Source: Chloroflexota bacterium
Lineage (GTDB): Bacteria; Chloroflexota; UBA11872; VXOZ01
Length of the DNA: 64,000 nucleotides
Direction: 5' to 3'
Assembly: GCA_963662335.2 (NCBI GenBank)
Contig: CAXXVD010000002.1
Coordinates: 352,001-416,000 of the forward strand
Shown here: positions 41,987-50,807 of the stretch, piece by piece
Layout of the letters: each line of letters starts with the position of its first letter
How positions within the stretch are numbered: the first letter of the stretch is position 1
Made by a program: the position numbers and the translations under genes
The notes under the pieces: model-generated
Told to the model about the DNA's origin: nothing
What the model saw: only the letters and a program-made list of their open reading frames with translations
Databases searched by the model: none

Positions 41987-43171
41987 CTACTCCTTGCCTG
42001 GCGCTGCGGTTGGGTCGTTGAAGAGCGTGCCGCCCCAGGTATCCAGCGTCGGCCGGCTCCAGGGCGTGGGGATGTTGCGGTACGGGCGCTTCAGCAACTC
42101 CTTCTCATCCAACTCGATGCCCAGTCCCGGCGCGTCCGGTATGCGCAGCGTGCCGTCCGGTTGGAGGACTTCCAGCGAGTCCACGGCGATGTCCTGGCGC
42201 CAGGGACAGCCAAAGAGGAACGACTCCAGAATCAGCACGTTGGGGATGCAGCCCACCGCTTGGAGCGTGGCGGCCATGGCCACCGGGCCGTAGGGATTGT
42301 GGGGCGCCACCGGGATGTCGTAGGCCTCGGCCCAGGCGGCGATCTTCTTGGCTTCCAGGATGCCGCCGGTGTGGCTGATGTCGGGCTGGATGACGTCGAG
42401 GAGTTGCCGCTCGATGTACTCGCGGAAGCCCCAGCGGGTGAAGAAGCGCTCGCCGGCGGCGATGGGCATGCCAATCCGGGCCTGGGCCAGTTTGGCATAG
42501 GCCGCGGGGTTGTCCGGCCGCAGCGGTTCTTCATAGAAGAAGGGCCGGAAAGGGCGCAGCGCCTCAGCCGCGGCAATTGCGCTGGTAACGTTGAGACGCC
42601 CGTGCACCTCCACGCACAGGTCTATGTCATCGCCCACCGCTTCGCGCACCGCCGCCACGCTGGCGGCCGCCGCGCGAATCTCCTGGTCGGATGCGGTAAT
42701 CCAGGAGGTGAACGGGTCCCACTTCAGGGCCGTATAGCCCTGCGCCACGACGTCCTGCGCGGCGGCGGCGAACTCGTCCGGCGTGCTCGCCCCTTCGAAC
42801 CAGCCGTTGGCGTAGACGCGCACCCGCTCCCGGCACGGCCCGCCCAGCAGCGCGTGCACCGGCAGGCCGGCGTCCTTGCCCTTGATGTCCCAGCAGGCCT
42901 GTTCCAAGGCGCTGATGGCGGTGTTGTAGACCGGCCCCGTGCCGCCGTACTCGCCCCGGTGCAGCAGTTGCAGGTTGGCCTCGATATGGCGCGGGTCCTC
43001 GCCCAGCAGCACCGCGCCGAGTTCGCGAATGGCAGTAGCGGCGGTGTGCTCTTTCCACGCCAGCGGCGCTTCCCCCCAGCCGTGGAGGCCGGTATCGGTG
43101 GTGACCTTGGCAAAGACCCAGTTCCACCACTGGCCGTCAACGATGAAGGTGCGAATGTCCGCAATCTTCAT
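41987..43171 (-). CDS. Mandelate racemase / galactonate dehydratase-like enolase-superfamily enzyme
   Basis: GWGE, WDIKGK, K.D, E.H, EEP, GER, QPDISH.GG and APHNP.GP. Confidence 0.9.
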   Translation of the reverse strand: MKIADIRTFIVDGQWWNWVFAKVTTDTGLHGWGEAPLAWKEHTAATAIRELGAVLLGEDPRHIEANLQLLHRGEYGGTGPVYNTAISALEQACWDIKGKDAGLPVHALLGGPCRERVRVYANGWFEGASTPDEFAAAAQDVVAQGYTALKWDPFTSWITASDQEIRAAAASVAAVREAVGDDIDLCVEVHGRLNVTSAIAAAEALRPFRPFFYEEPLRPDNPAAYAKLAQARIGMPIAAGERFFTRWGFREYIERQLLDVIQPDISHTGGILEAKKIAAWAEAYDIPVAPHNPYGPVAMAATLQAVGCIPNVLILESFLFGCPWRQDIAVDSLEVLQPDGTLRIPDAPGLGIELDEKELLKRPYRNIPTPWSRPTLDTWGGTLFNDPTAAPGKE

Positions 43172-43180
43172 GAGCGCGCC

Positions 43181-43939
43181 TTAAGGTATATCCGCCTTGT
43201 GGAACACGCGGACGAAGTCGGCAAGATTCCGCGTAATCGCCTCCAGAAAAGCCTTGCCCTTTTCCGCCGTAGCCACGGTCGGATCGCCGGCCACGCCGGT
43301 GGTGCCCGGGTCGAACACGGGCCAGAAGTAGACCGGCCCGCCGGTGGGCATGCGCGTCGGCGGAATGCCGAGATCTTTGACCGACGTGCTCATGTCCACC
43401 AGTTCTTGCCGCAGGTGGAGCATGAGCGAGGTCTCGATCTCGCAGGCGTGGCCGACGTTCTTGCGCTCGCCCTCGACGATCTTCGCCATGTCCGCCGCCG
43501 CCAGGTCCCAGTAGGTGGCCGCAGCCACCTCGATGCCCGCCGCGCCCAGCTTGAGCGTGGTTGCCTTCATGGTCTGGTCGTTGCCGCCGTGGCCGTTCAG
43601 CAGCAGGATGTGGCGGAAGCCGTGCTGCCGGATGCAGGTCACGATTTCGCACAGCACCTGGGAGAAGGTGTCCACCGTCAGCGTGAGGGTGCCGGTGAAG
43701 TGCATGTGGTGGGGCGAGACGCCGGTCCACAGCGGCGGCGCGACGAGCACAGGCACCTCACCGGCAAGCGCCCGCGCCGCGGAAACGGCGGCCGTATGCG
43801 CCATGCAGATGTCCGTATCCACCGGCAGGTGGCGGCCGTGCTGCTCGATGGAGCCTACCGGCAGTATGACCACCGCGCCACGGTCGCGCATGGCGGCGAT
43901 TTCGTCCCGCCGCAGGTATTGCCACTCGTGCTTTTCCAT
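43181..43939 (-). CDS. Creatininase family amidohydrolase
   Basis: GSIEQHGRHLPVDTD, NGHGGN and HACEIETS. Confidence 0.93.
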   Translation of the reverse strand: MEKHEWQYLRRDEIAAMRDRGAVVILPVGSIEQHGRHLPVDTDICMAHTAAVSAARALAGEVPVLVAPPLWTGVSPHHMHFTGTLTLTVDTFSQVLCEIVTCIRQHGFRHILLLNGHGGNDQTMKATTLKLGAAGIEVAAATYWDLAAADMAKIVEGERKNVGHACEIETSLMLHLRQELVDMSTSVKDLGIPPTRMPTGGPVYFWPVFDPGTTGVAGDPTVATAEKGKAFLEAITRNLADFVRVFHKADIP

Positions 43940-44087
43940 GATGATCTCCTCTATATCCTAGCCGCTCGCGCAGCGATTCCGTGAGTCTACTGCCCGGTTT
44001 GGCGTCGGTCCCGCGCGTTACCCCGGTTCGTCATTCATGTGTGTGTTGACATCTACAATCCCGCGCAGGGGGCCGCCTTCGGGCCGG

Positions 44088-44200
44088 GCGGGGGATGAGC
44101 CTCCGCGCTACGTCAGGCGTGGCGCAATGGGGAATGCGCCCGGCGCTGCGTCTTTGGCTTCTTGCCGGGCGCTAGATTCCTCGCTGCGCTCGGAATGACA
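44088..44200. repeat. Degenerate GTAG-REP (44088-44111) and a half AGATTCCTCGCTGCGCTCGGAATGACA element
   Basis: Direct sequence match to the families seen elsewhere in the window. Confidence 0.75.
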
Positions 44201-44246
44201 TCTATGCAAGCAACGTGATCGGCTTGGCCGGCAACGCCATCGCGGC

Positions 44247-45071
44247 CTAGCCGACGCCGCCTTGCGTGGAGTAGGGCTGGATCAACCTGGCGGCGCTGAG
44301 TGTTTCCAGCGCCTCGCCGCCGCGATACTCTACCGTGCGGGAATCGATCTTGGCGCACTTGTCGCCGTCGAAGTAGAGGCGGTCTACAAGATCCGTGCTG
44401 TTGTAGCGGATGCGCACCGTAACCGGCGCGGGGACGCGATAGGGCGCGAATTCGCGCGCGCGCCGCACGGCGCTGCGCGCTTGTACGTGCAGCAGTTCCC
44501 GCGCCCGGCGGGGCGACAGCATCCGCGCGGCGTGGCGTCCCAGGGCCTGCTTTACCTGCGCGGTCTCCACGCCGCCCAGCAATTGGCGGGCCTCGGCGCA
44601 GGCCTTGTCGTCGCCGGTCACCAATCCCACCGGCACGCCGTGCGCGCCGGCGATGGCCGCGTCGATCATGATCTCGCCGGCCGGCTCCCCGTTGATCCAA
44701 ATGTCCTGGTACGAGGCCGAACTCATGGTGTGGTCGCGCACCGCGTTCGCCGTGCCGGACATGGCGTGGTAGCCCACCAGCAGCATCACGTCGGCGTCCT
44801 CCAGGAAGGGGAACCGTTGCTGGTGCGCGCCGCCCATGATGTACTCCGCGGCCTCGTGCAGTTCCTCGTAGAGGAAGTTGAAACCGGAGGAGTGGGCGTC
44901 GATGACGAGCACGTCCGTCGCGCCCCCGTCCAGCGCGCCCTTGATCACGGCGTTGGTATCGTTCACCAGCGAGCGGCGCGCCTCCTGATAGAACAACCTG
45001 CCGTGCCCAAGCTGCTCGGTGATGACGACGCCGCTGATGCCTTCCATGTCAACGGCGATGTACGCTTTCAT
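44247..45071 (-). CDS. M55 family (DppA-like) D-aminopeptidase
   Basis: DMEGISG, DAH, VGYHAM, HT, GE and TGDD. Confidence 0.92.
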   Translation of the reverse strand: MKAYIAVDMEGISGVVITEQLGHGRLFYQEARRSLVNDTNAVIKGALDGGATDVLVIDAHSSGFNFLYEELHEAAEYIMGGAHQQRFPFLEDADVMLLVGYHAMSGTANAVRDHTMSSASYQDIWINGEPAGEIMIDAAIAGAHGVPVGLVTGDDKACAEARQLLGGVETAQVKQALGRHAARMLSPRRARELLHVQARSAVRRAREFAPYRVPAPVTVRIRYNSTDLVDRLYFDGDKCAKIDSRTVEYRGGEALETLSAARLIQPYSTQGGVG

Positions 45072-45438
45072 GATGGCGCATCCTTTCCGGGGCAAGACCC
45101 TGGCTTGGTCTGCCGGCAGGGCGCGGCGGCGCGTGAACCGCGCGGGCCGTATCCGCGGCCGGACGAAGCGAGATTATTATAGTCGGTTCCCCTGTTTCCC
45201 GTAAATGCGCGCGGGCTTGGCTGACAGGTTCCCGCAACTGTGATACGCTCTCAAAGAGCGGTGTAGTGTGCGGGGGGCGCTGTTTGACTTGCGTATGGAT
45301 GCCGCAGAGAACGGGAAGCCGGTCTTCTCGGTGTTAGCACAATAGATTCACGGCGACCGCGGCGCCGGCGGCGGTTTTGGCAGGCGCGACGACGGTGAGG
45401 AAGGAAAGTAACCCACCATGCGAGGTACGAGTAGGTCG

Positions 45439-47298
45439 ATGAAGGCACTGCGTCACACACCGGGAGCGCTTGCCCTGCTGGTGTTCCTCTTCATGCTTAC
45501 GGCGGCGCCAATCCATGCGCAGGAGGGCACCACCTTTTCCGCGGCGACGATCACCGACAACTTCTATAACGACACGCTGGAGCACAATATCCCGAACCTT
45601 CAGGTCACGAGCAGCGGCGAGACGCACAGCGTCAACTTCCTCGACCACTATCGTTCCACCGGCGGTTTGACCCGGTGGGGGCATCCAACCTCCGAGGTAA
45701 TCGAGGAAGAGACCGGCAACCTGGCGCAATACTACCAGCGGGGCGTCGTGGACTGGCACTGGCGCGCCGATCTGGGGAGCTACGTGTTGGAGCGCCGCTT
45801 GGTGTGGGACTTCTTTGGCGGTGGGGCCGGCGGCAGCGTCGATCAAGGCGTTGAACCGGGCATCCTCAACCCGCACCCGGGCGACGTGGTCGGCCCCTGG
45901 GGCCACAAGGTTTCCGACTTTTCAATCGAGGGCATCTATACCGGATTCAAAGGGTTCTATGAATCCCTCGGCGGGGTGCAGGCCTTTGGCTTTCCCAAGA
46001 CCGACGCCCGCATCGATACCGGTGCGGACGGCACACTGCGCATTGGGACCGCCGGCTTCATCCGCCAGTACTTCCAGGCGGCCGTATTCGAGCATCATTC
46101 CGGTGACCCGGAGCCGGTCAAGCTGACGCTGCTCGGCGACGACCTGCGCAACCTGAACTACCCGGGCGATAGCTGGAAATCGTACGCGGCCTTCAATGCG
46201 GCAACTCCGCTCACAACCGGGGAGCAATACGCGGTGCCCCGCGTCATCAAGGGGCGCACGGCAAGCGGACGGCCCGCGCCCGCGCCGCGGCCGACGGCTG
46301 CGCCGCAAGTCACACCCGGCGTTGTGCCCACAACGCCGCCTGGCGTCGCGCCCGGGGCTACGCCCACGCCCATCACCGCGCCGCCGGCGGCGCCTACGCC
46401 GGCCGGCGTCACCAGCGTATGGTTCGCGACGCACGGCAGAGGGGTTTCGCACTTCGACGGCGCACGGTGGACGTATGAACGCGCCTTCGACTCCTCGCTC
46501 CCCGACGATCGTGTGCTTGACGTCTTCATCGACGACGCCGGCGCAAAGTGGTTTGCGACCCAGAACGGGTTGGCGCGGCTGCACAACGGCGCCTGGACGG
46601 TCTTCAATACGAACACGCGGGGCTTCCCGGGGAACAGGGTCACGTCTATCCATAGCCACGGCGGCCTCCTCTGGATTGGGACCGACGGCAGCGGCGCCGG
46701 CGCTTTCTTCAACAATACGTGGGAGTATTTCAGATCCGGGAACGTTTCCGGTCTCCCGAGCAACTTGGTGCGGGACGTGGTGGTATACAGCGCGCAGCCG
46801 CGGCGCGCGTGGCTGGCTACCGCCAACGGCGTCGCTAATTACAACGACGGCCAGTGGCAGATCCACCAGCAGGCACAGGGCCTTGGGAGCAACGATACCT
46901 TGAGTTTGGCAATCGTTGGCAGCCGTGTGTGGGTAGGCACGAACGGCGCCGGCGCGAGTGTATACGACGGCATAACGTGGACTACGCACAGCACGTCGAA
47001 CTCTAACATCGCGCACGACACGGTACGCAGCATCACCGTGGGGCCGGACGGCCGGGTCTGGCTGGGAACGGACGGCGGCGTCAGCGTCTACGACGGTTCC
47101 ACGTGGCAGAACTACAGCACGTTCAATTCCAGCTTGGTGCACAATAGCGTCTACGACATTGCCGTGGACGCGCGCGGCCGGGTCTGGATAGCCACCAATG
47201 CCGGCGCGAACTTGCTGGAGAATGGCCGCTGGACTCTGTTCCAGGTTGCCAATTCCCACATCGGGCACGATAGTCTCCGCGCTGTGGCCGTGGAGTAG
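45439..47298 (+). CDS. Secreted protein: LGFP-like domains, Pro/Thr linker and Reg_prop beta-propeller
   Basis: Signal peptide; GGLTRWGHPTSE...QYYQRG and GGVQAFGFPKT...QYFQ; repeated W(I/F)(A/G)T..G...YDG..W blades. Confidence 0.82.
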   Translation: MKALRHTPGALALLVFLFMLTAAPIHAQEGTTFSAATITDNFYNDTLEHNIPNLQVTSSGETHSVNFLDHYRSTGGLTRWGHPTSEVIEEETGNLAQYYQRGVVDWHWRADLGSYVLERRLVWDFFGGGAGGSVDQGVEPGILNPHPGDVVGPWGHKVSDFSIEGIYTGFKGFYESLGGVQAFGFPKTDARIDTGADGTLRIGTAGFIRQYFQAAVFEHHSGDPEPVKLTLLGDDLRNLNYPGDSWKSYAAFNAATPLTTGEQYAVPRVIKGRTASGRPAPAPRPTAAPQVTPGVVPTTPPGVAPGATPTPITAPPAAPTPAGVTSVWFATHGRGVSHFDGARWTYERAFDSSLPDDRVLDVFIDDAGAKWFATQNGLARLHNGAWTVFNTNTRGFPGNRVTSIHSHGGLLWIGTDGSGAGAFFNNTWEYFRSGNVSGLPSNLVRDVVVYSAQPRRAWLATANGVANYNDGQWQIHQQAQGLGSNDTLSLAIVGSRVWVGTNGAGASVYDGITWTTHSTSNSNIAHDTVRSITVGPDGRVWLGTDGGVSVYDGSTWQNYSTFNSSLVHNSVYDIAVDARGRVWIATNAGANLLENGRWTLFQVANSHIGHDSLRAVAVE

Positions 47299-47366
47299 CG
47301 CCTCGCGCCGCTTCCAGGCGGTTGTTCACTACGATGGATTTGGCGCATGACAAGGCTTGGATCCTG

Positions 47367-47402
47367 TCCCCTCTCCCACAGGGAGAGGGTTAGGGTGAGG
47401 GC
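47367..47402. repeat. CCCTCTCCC..GGGAGAGGGTTAGGGTGAGGG palindromic repeat
   Basis: Hairpin CCCTCTCCC-ACA-GGGAGAGGG. A degenerate reverse copy lies at about 52865-52900. Confidence 0.7.
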
Positions 47403-47413
47403 GGCGCGAGCGT

Positions 47414-48097
47414 TTGCGTGAACGGCTAATGCGAGACCCGAAACGGCACCTCAAAGCGCTGACGTTCGCGGTGACGGTCTTCCTGATCACGTCATTCGCC
47501 CTGGCGCAGGTTTACCCGCAACTCTTTCCCTTCATGCCGTACGTCTGGCCGTACGTCAGCGGCGGCTCCTTGGCCTATGCCGGCACGGAACTGGAGAGCG
47601 CGCCCGCGCCGCCTTTCACGCTGCGCGACCAGCGCGGCGCAACGGTCTCCCTGGCCGACCGGCAGGGGAGCGTGGTGCTGCTGACGTTTCTCGACCCCCT
47701 TTGCACCGATGAGTGCGGGCTTATCGCCCAGGAAATCGCCGCGGCCTATGAGCGTTTGGGCGGGGACGCGCGGGACCTTGTTGTGCTGGCGATAAACGTC
47801 AATCCTGACGCGCAGACGCCGGCCGCGATGCACGCCTTCCTGCAAAGCCAGGGGCTTGGCGAAAGTCCGGCCTGGCATTATCTCGGCGGTGAGTGGGAAG
47901 CGGTGGCGGAGATCATCGGCTCCTACCACGTGGTGGCCGGCGGGCCGAAACCGGGCAAGCCGGGTGAGGTGGCGCACCAGGACGTGGTGTTCCTCATCGA
48001 CCGGCAGGGCAACCTGCGCGTGCTCGTCACCTATCCCGCGCCGGTCGGGGCCGCGCTGCGCGACATCATCGTGCAGCGGGTGCGGGAGTTAAGCTAG
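47414..48097 (+). CDS. SCO1/SenC family copper chaperone
   Basis: N-terminal TM, CxxxC (CTDEC), conserved His (VAHQD) and FLIDRQG. Confidence 0.88.
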   Translation: MRERLMRDPKRHLKALTFAVTVFLITSFALAQVYPQLFPFMPYVWPYVSGGSLAYAGTELESAPAPPFTLRDQRGATVSLADRQGSVVLLTFLDPLCTDECGLIAQEIAAAYERLGGDARDLVVLAINVNPDAQTPAAMHAFLQSQGLGESPAWHYLGGEWEAVAEIIGSYHVVAGGPKPGKPGEVAHQDVVFLIDRQGNLRVLVTYPAPVGAALRDIIVQRVRELS

Positions 48098-49057
48098 TCG
48101 CTCCACGCGCTCGACGACGAACTGCGGTTGCGGCTCGACCTCCTTGCCGCAGGAGCTTGGGAAGCGGAGCAGGCGCTCCGGGGCTTCGCGCACCACAATC
48201 CGGTACCTTCCCACAGGCGCGGAATCGGACGCCACGTACGAAAGCGTCACCGTCACCGTGCCGTCTTCTCCATCGTCGGCCACGTCGCTGTGCATCCGAT
48301 ACGCCGCCCACGGCCAATCCTCGGCCTGCAAGACCGCCTGCTCGGCGGCCTGTTCCAACGGCGAGAGCCGGCCCCAACCGCGGTACTGGCGCGCCAGCGC
48401 GCCGAACGAGCCCTGGCGCGCGATCAGGTTCGGCAGGGAGTCCGGTGTGACGTAGGCGTAGTAGCGTCCCTCGGGAAGGTCGAGCAGCGTTGGGGCCATG
48501 CGGTGCCCGCCGAGATGGCTGCACCGCCAGACGCGCAGCGCGTCCGGGCGCGCGTAGCGCTGGCGGAGTTCGCGGTAGACAGCGAAGCCGAAAGTGGCGC
48601 AGCAGCGGTCGCGGCTGCCGTGGTTGCAGACCAGGATTTCGCGGACTTGCTCCGTTGCCTGCTCGTACGCGCGAAAGCGTTCAGTGTCTGCCGGGGCGTA
48701 GAGCAGCGCCTCCACCAGCGCCGGCAACTGGGCCGGGGGCACCAGGTACTCCCGCTTGGCGTAGGTTGGAGCGTCACCGGTGTGCGCGTAGAAGAAGACC
48801 CGGGTGCGCCCCGCCTGCGCATACTCCTCGTCAGGCACGAGCCCGGTCACGCGCGGCTCGATGCCGTCCCGCGCGGCGCGCGCCAACAGGTCCCGCACCT
48901 CGGGTGGGAACGTTGCGGAATCCGTTACTTCACGCTCCCACGGCAGCGGGCATTCGATTGCCAGGTGCGCGCCGTACGTGGGCGCGGAGCCAATCGGGTG
49001 AAAGCCCGCGGCCTGCGCGACGCGCGAACAGAACGGCGTACCTGTCGTTTGCGCCAC
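48094..49057 (-). CDS. Sucrase/ferredoxin-like (Suc_Fer-like) protein
   Basis: VCNHGSRDRCCA, WRCSHLGGHRMAPT, YRG and SCGK. The ORF track gives 48089-49057; the 3' end overlaps the SCO gene end. Confidence 0.85.
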
Positions 49058-49161
49058 CCTCGTTCCTCTCCCGGCTCGCTGTGCACATTCCGGCGGTTCA
49101 CCATGCTACACTAGCAAGGATGCGAGCGCGGGGCAACGCGGCATAGAGGAATGCGCCGGGT

Positions 49162-49668
49162 GTGGAAACGCTAGACTATCTCCGGGTTGCGCTGCGCTGG
49201 GCGCACCTGAGCGCGGCGGTGGTGTGGATCGGCGGCACGTTCTTCTATCTCCTGGCGCTGCGGCCCGCGCTGGATACCGACGAGCGCGCCGGTGCCTGGG
49301 GCGCGCTCCGCCAGGCGGTGGAGCGGCGGTTTCACGAAGTCGTGCAGGTCTGCATCTGGACGTTCTTCATTTCGGGCGCGATCCTGACGTACGACCGGCT
49401 GACGACGGTGAATCCGGGGTTGGACTACATAGTCGTCCTGGTGATTAAGGTACTATTGGTAGTGTGGTTGGTCTACGTCTCCGGCGGGCTGCGGCCGGCG
49501 GGGGCGCGCAAGCCAATCGGTGGGCCGCGGCAGACTCCGCCTGGGAAGCAGCGCATGTTCCGTCGGCTACGCTCGCCGGTGGTGCAGATCGCCATCGTCG
49601 GCAGCGCGGTGCTGCTGCTGGCTGATCTCCTAAAGGTTATCGCGGAGAGCGCGCTGCGTTCGGTGTAG
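49162..49668 (+). CDS. CopD-like membrane protein
   Basis: RWAHLSAAVVWIGG..F, ISG and IK.LLV. Confidence 0.65.
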   Translation: METLDYLRVALRWAHLSAAVVWIGGTFFYLLALRPALDTDERAGAWGALRQAVERRFHEVVQVCIWTFFISGAILTYDRLTTVNPGLDYIVVLVIKVLLVVWLVYVSGGLRPAGARKPIGGPRQTPPGKQRMFRRLRSPVVQIAIVGSAVLLLADLLKVIAESALRSV

Positions 49669-49689
49669 GCGCTAAGGAAGAGTTGCGGC

Positions 49690-50151
49690 ATGGCAGGCGA
49701 GGTTGCGGTAGCGCGCGTGGGCGGCAAGAGCCGCCGCCGGATCGACCTCAAGATCATCGTCGGCGGGGTCATCATCCTGCTGGCGGTGGCCTACTTGATC
49801 GCGGCGGCGCTGCCGTCGGGCACCGCGTACTACATTACGGTGAGCGAGTTGCAGGAGATGGGCGCGCGCGCGCAGGAGCAGCGCACCCGCGTCTCCGGCA
49901 ACGTGGTGCCCGGCACGATCGTGCGCAGCGCTGAGAGCCAGGACGTGCGCTTCCAGGTCGAGGACGAGAGCGGACGGCTGACCGTGGTCTACAGCGGTGT
50001 GCTGTCCGACATCTTTGGCGACCACGTCCAGGTGGTGGTGGAAGGCACCCAAGGACGGGACGGCGTCTACTACGCCGAGCAGGTCTTTGCCAAGTGCCCC
50101 TCGCGGTTCGAGGAAGCGCCCGCAAACGGCAGTGACTATGCGCAATCCTAG
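49690..50151 (+). CDS. ccmE: Cytochrome c maturation heme chaperone CcmE, Cys variant
   Basis: YYITVSEL, RVSG.V..G, VYSG..D.F, VVVEG and AKCPSRF. Confidence 0.92.
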   Translation: MAGEVAVARVGGKSRRRIDLKIIVGGVIILLAVAYLIAAALPSGTAYYITVSELQEMGARAQEQRTRVSGNVVPGTIVRSAESQDVRFQVEDESGRLTVVYSGVLSDIFGDHVQVVVEGTQGRDGVYYAEQVFAKCPSRFEEAPANGSDYAQS

Positions 50152-50182
50152 AGTTGCGAGAAACCGCGCTATGACAGGACGT

Positions 50183-50262
50183 GTCATTCCCGCGAAAGCG
50201 GGAATCCATCCGCGCCGCGCGGTTGGGCGCGAACCCAGGCGGGGGACGAGCCCCCGCGCTAC
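50183..50262. repeat. GTCATTCCCGCGAAAGCGGGAATCC palindrome plus GTAG-REP
   Basis: Direct match; the REP is at 50239-50262. Confidence 0.85.
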
Positions 50263-50388
50263 GGTGGAGACGGTTTGACAGGTATTGGTGGGCCGAGTGG
50301 AGAAGAGCGCAAACAGGTGAAACGAGATTAGCCAAGCACAGGCGCGTAGAATCGCCGCGCCGGGACGAGCGCAAAGGAGGGAACGAGA

Positions 50389-50712
50389 ATGATACTCGCA
50401 ACGACGGAGCGGATACCCGGAAAGCGGGTGACCGCCGTGAAAGGCCTGGTGCAGGGCAACACCATTCGCGCCCGGCACGTGGGGCGGGACATCATGGCCT
50501 CGCTCAAGAACGTCGTCGGCGGCGAAATCGGCGAATACACGCAACTTATGACGGAATCGCGCCAGCAGGCCACGGACCGGATGGTGGCCGAAGCCGAGGC
50601 GTTGGGGGCGAACGCCGTGATCGGCATCCGCTTCGAAAACGCCGAGGTGATGCAGGGCGCGTCGGAACTGCTGGCCTACGGCACGGCGGTCGTGGTAGAG
50701 GACGAGGCGTAG
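50389..50712 (+). CDS. YbjQ (UPF0145) family protein
   Basis: DIMASLKNVVGGE..EYT and GANAVIGIRF...AYGTAV. Confidence 0.93.
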   Translation: MILATTERIPGKRVTAVKGLVQGNTIRARHVGRDIMASLKNVVGGEIGEYTQLMTESRQQATDRMVAEAEALGANAVIGIRFENAEVMQGASELLAYGTAVVVEDEA

Positions 50713-50807
50713 GCGAGCCGGCAGGCCGGTCTTGGCGCGGCCCGGCCTGGCCCGCGCCGGCCTGAGCGCCCGCGCCGCGCGGGAACGAGGCGCGCCGCCG
50801 CAACACT

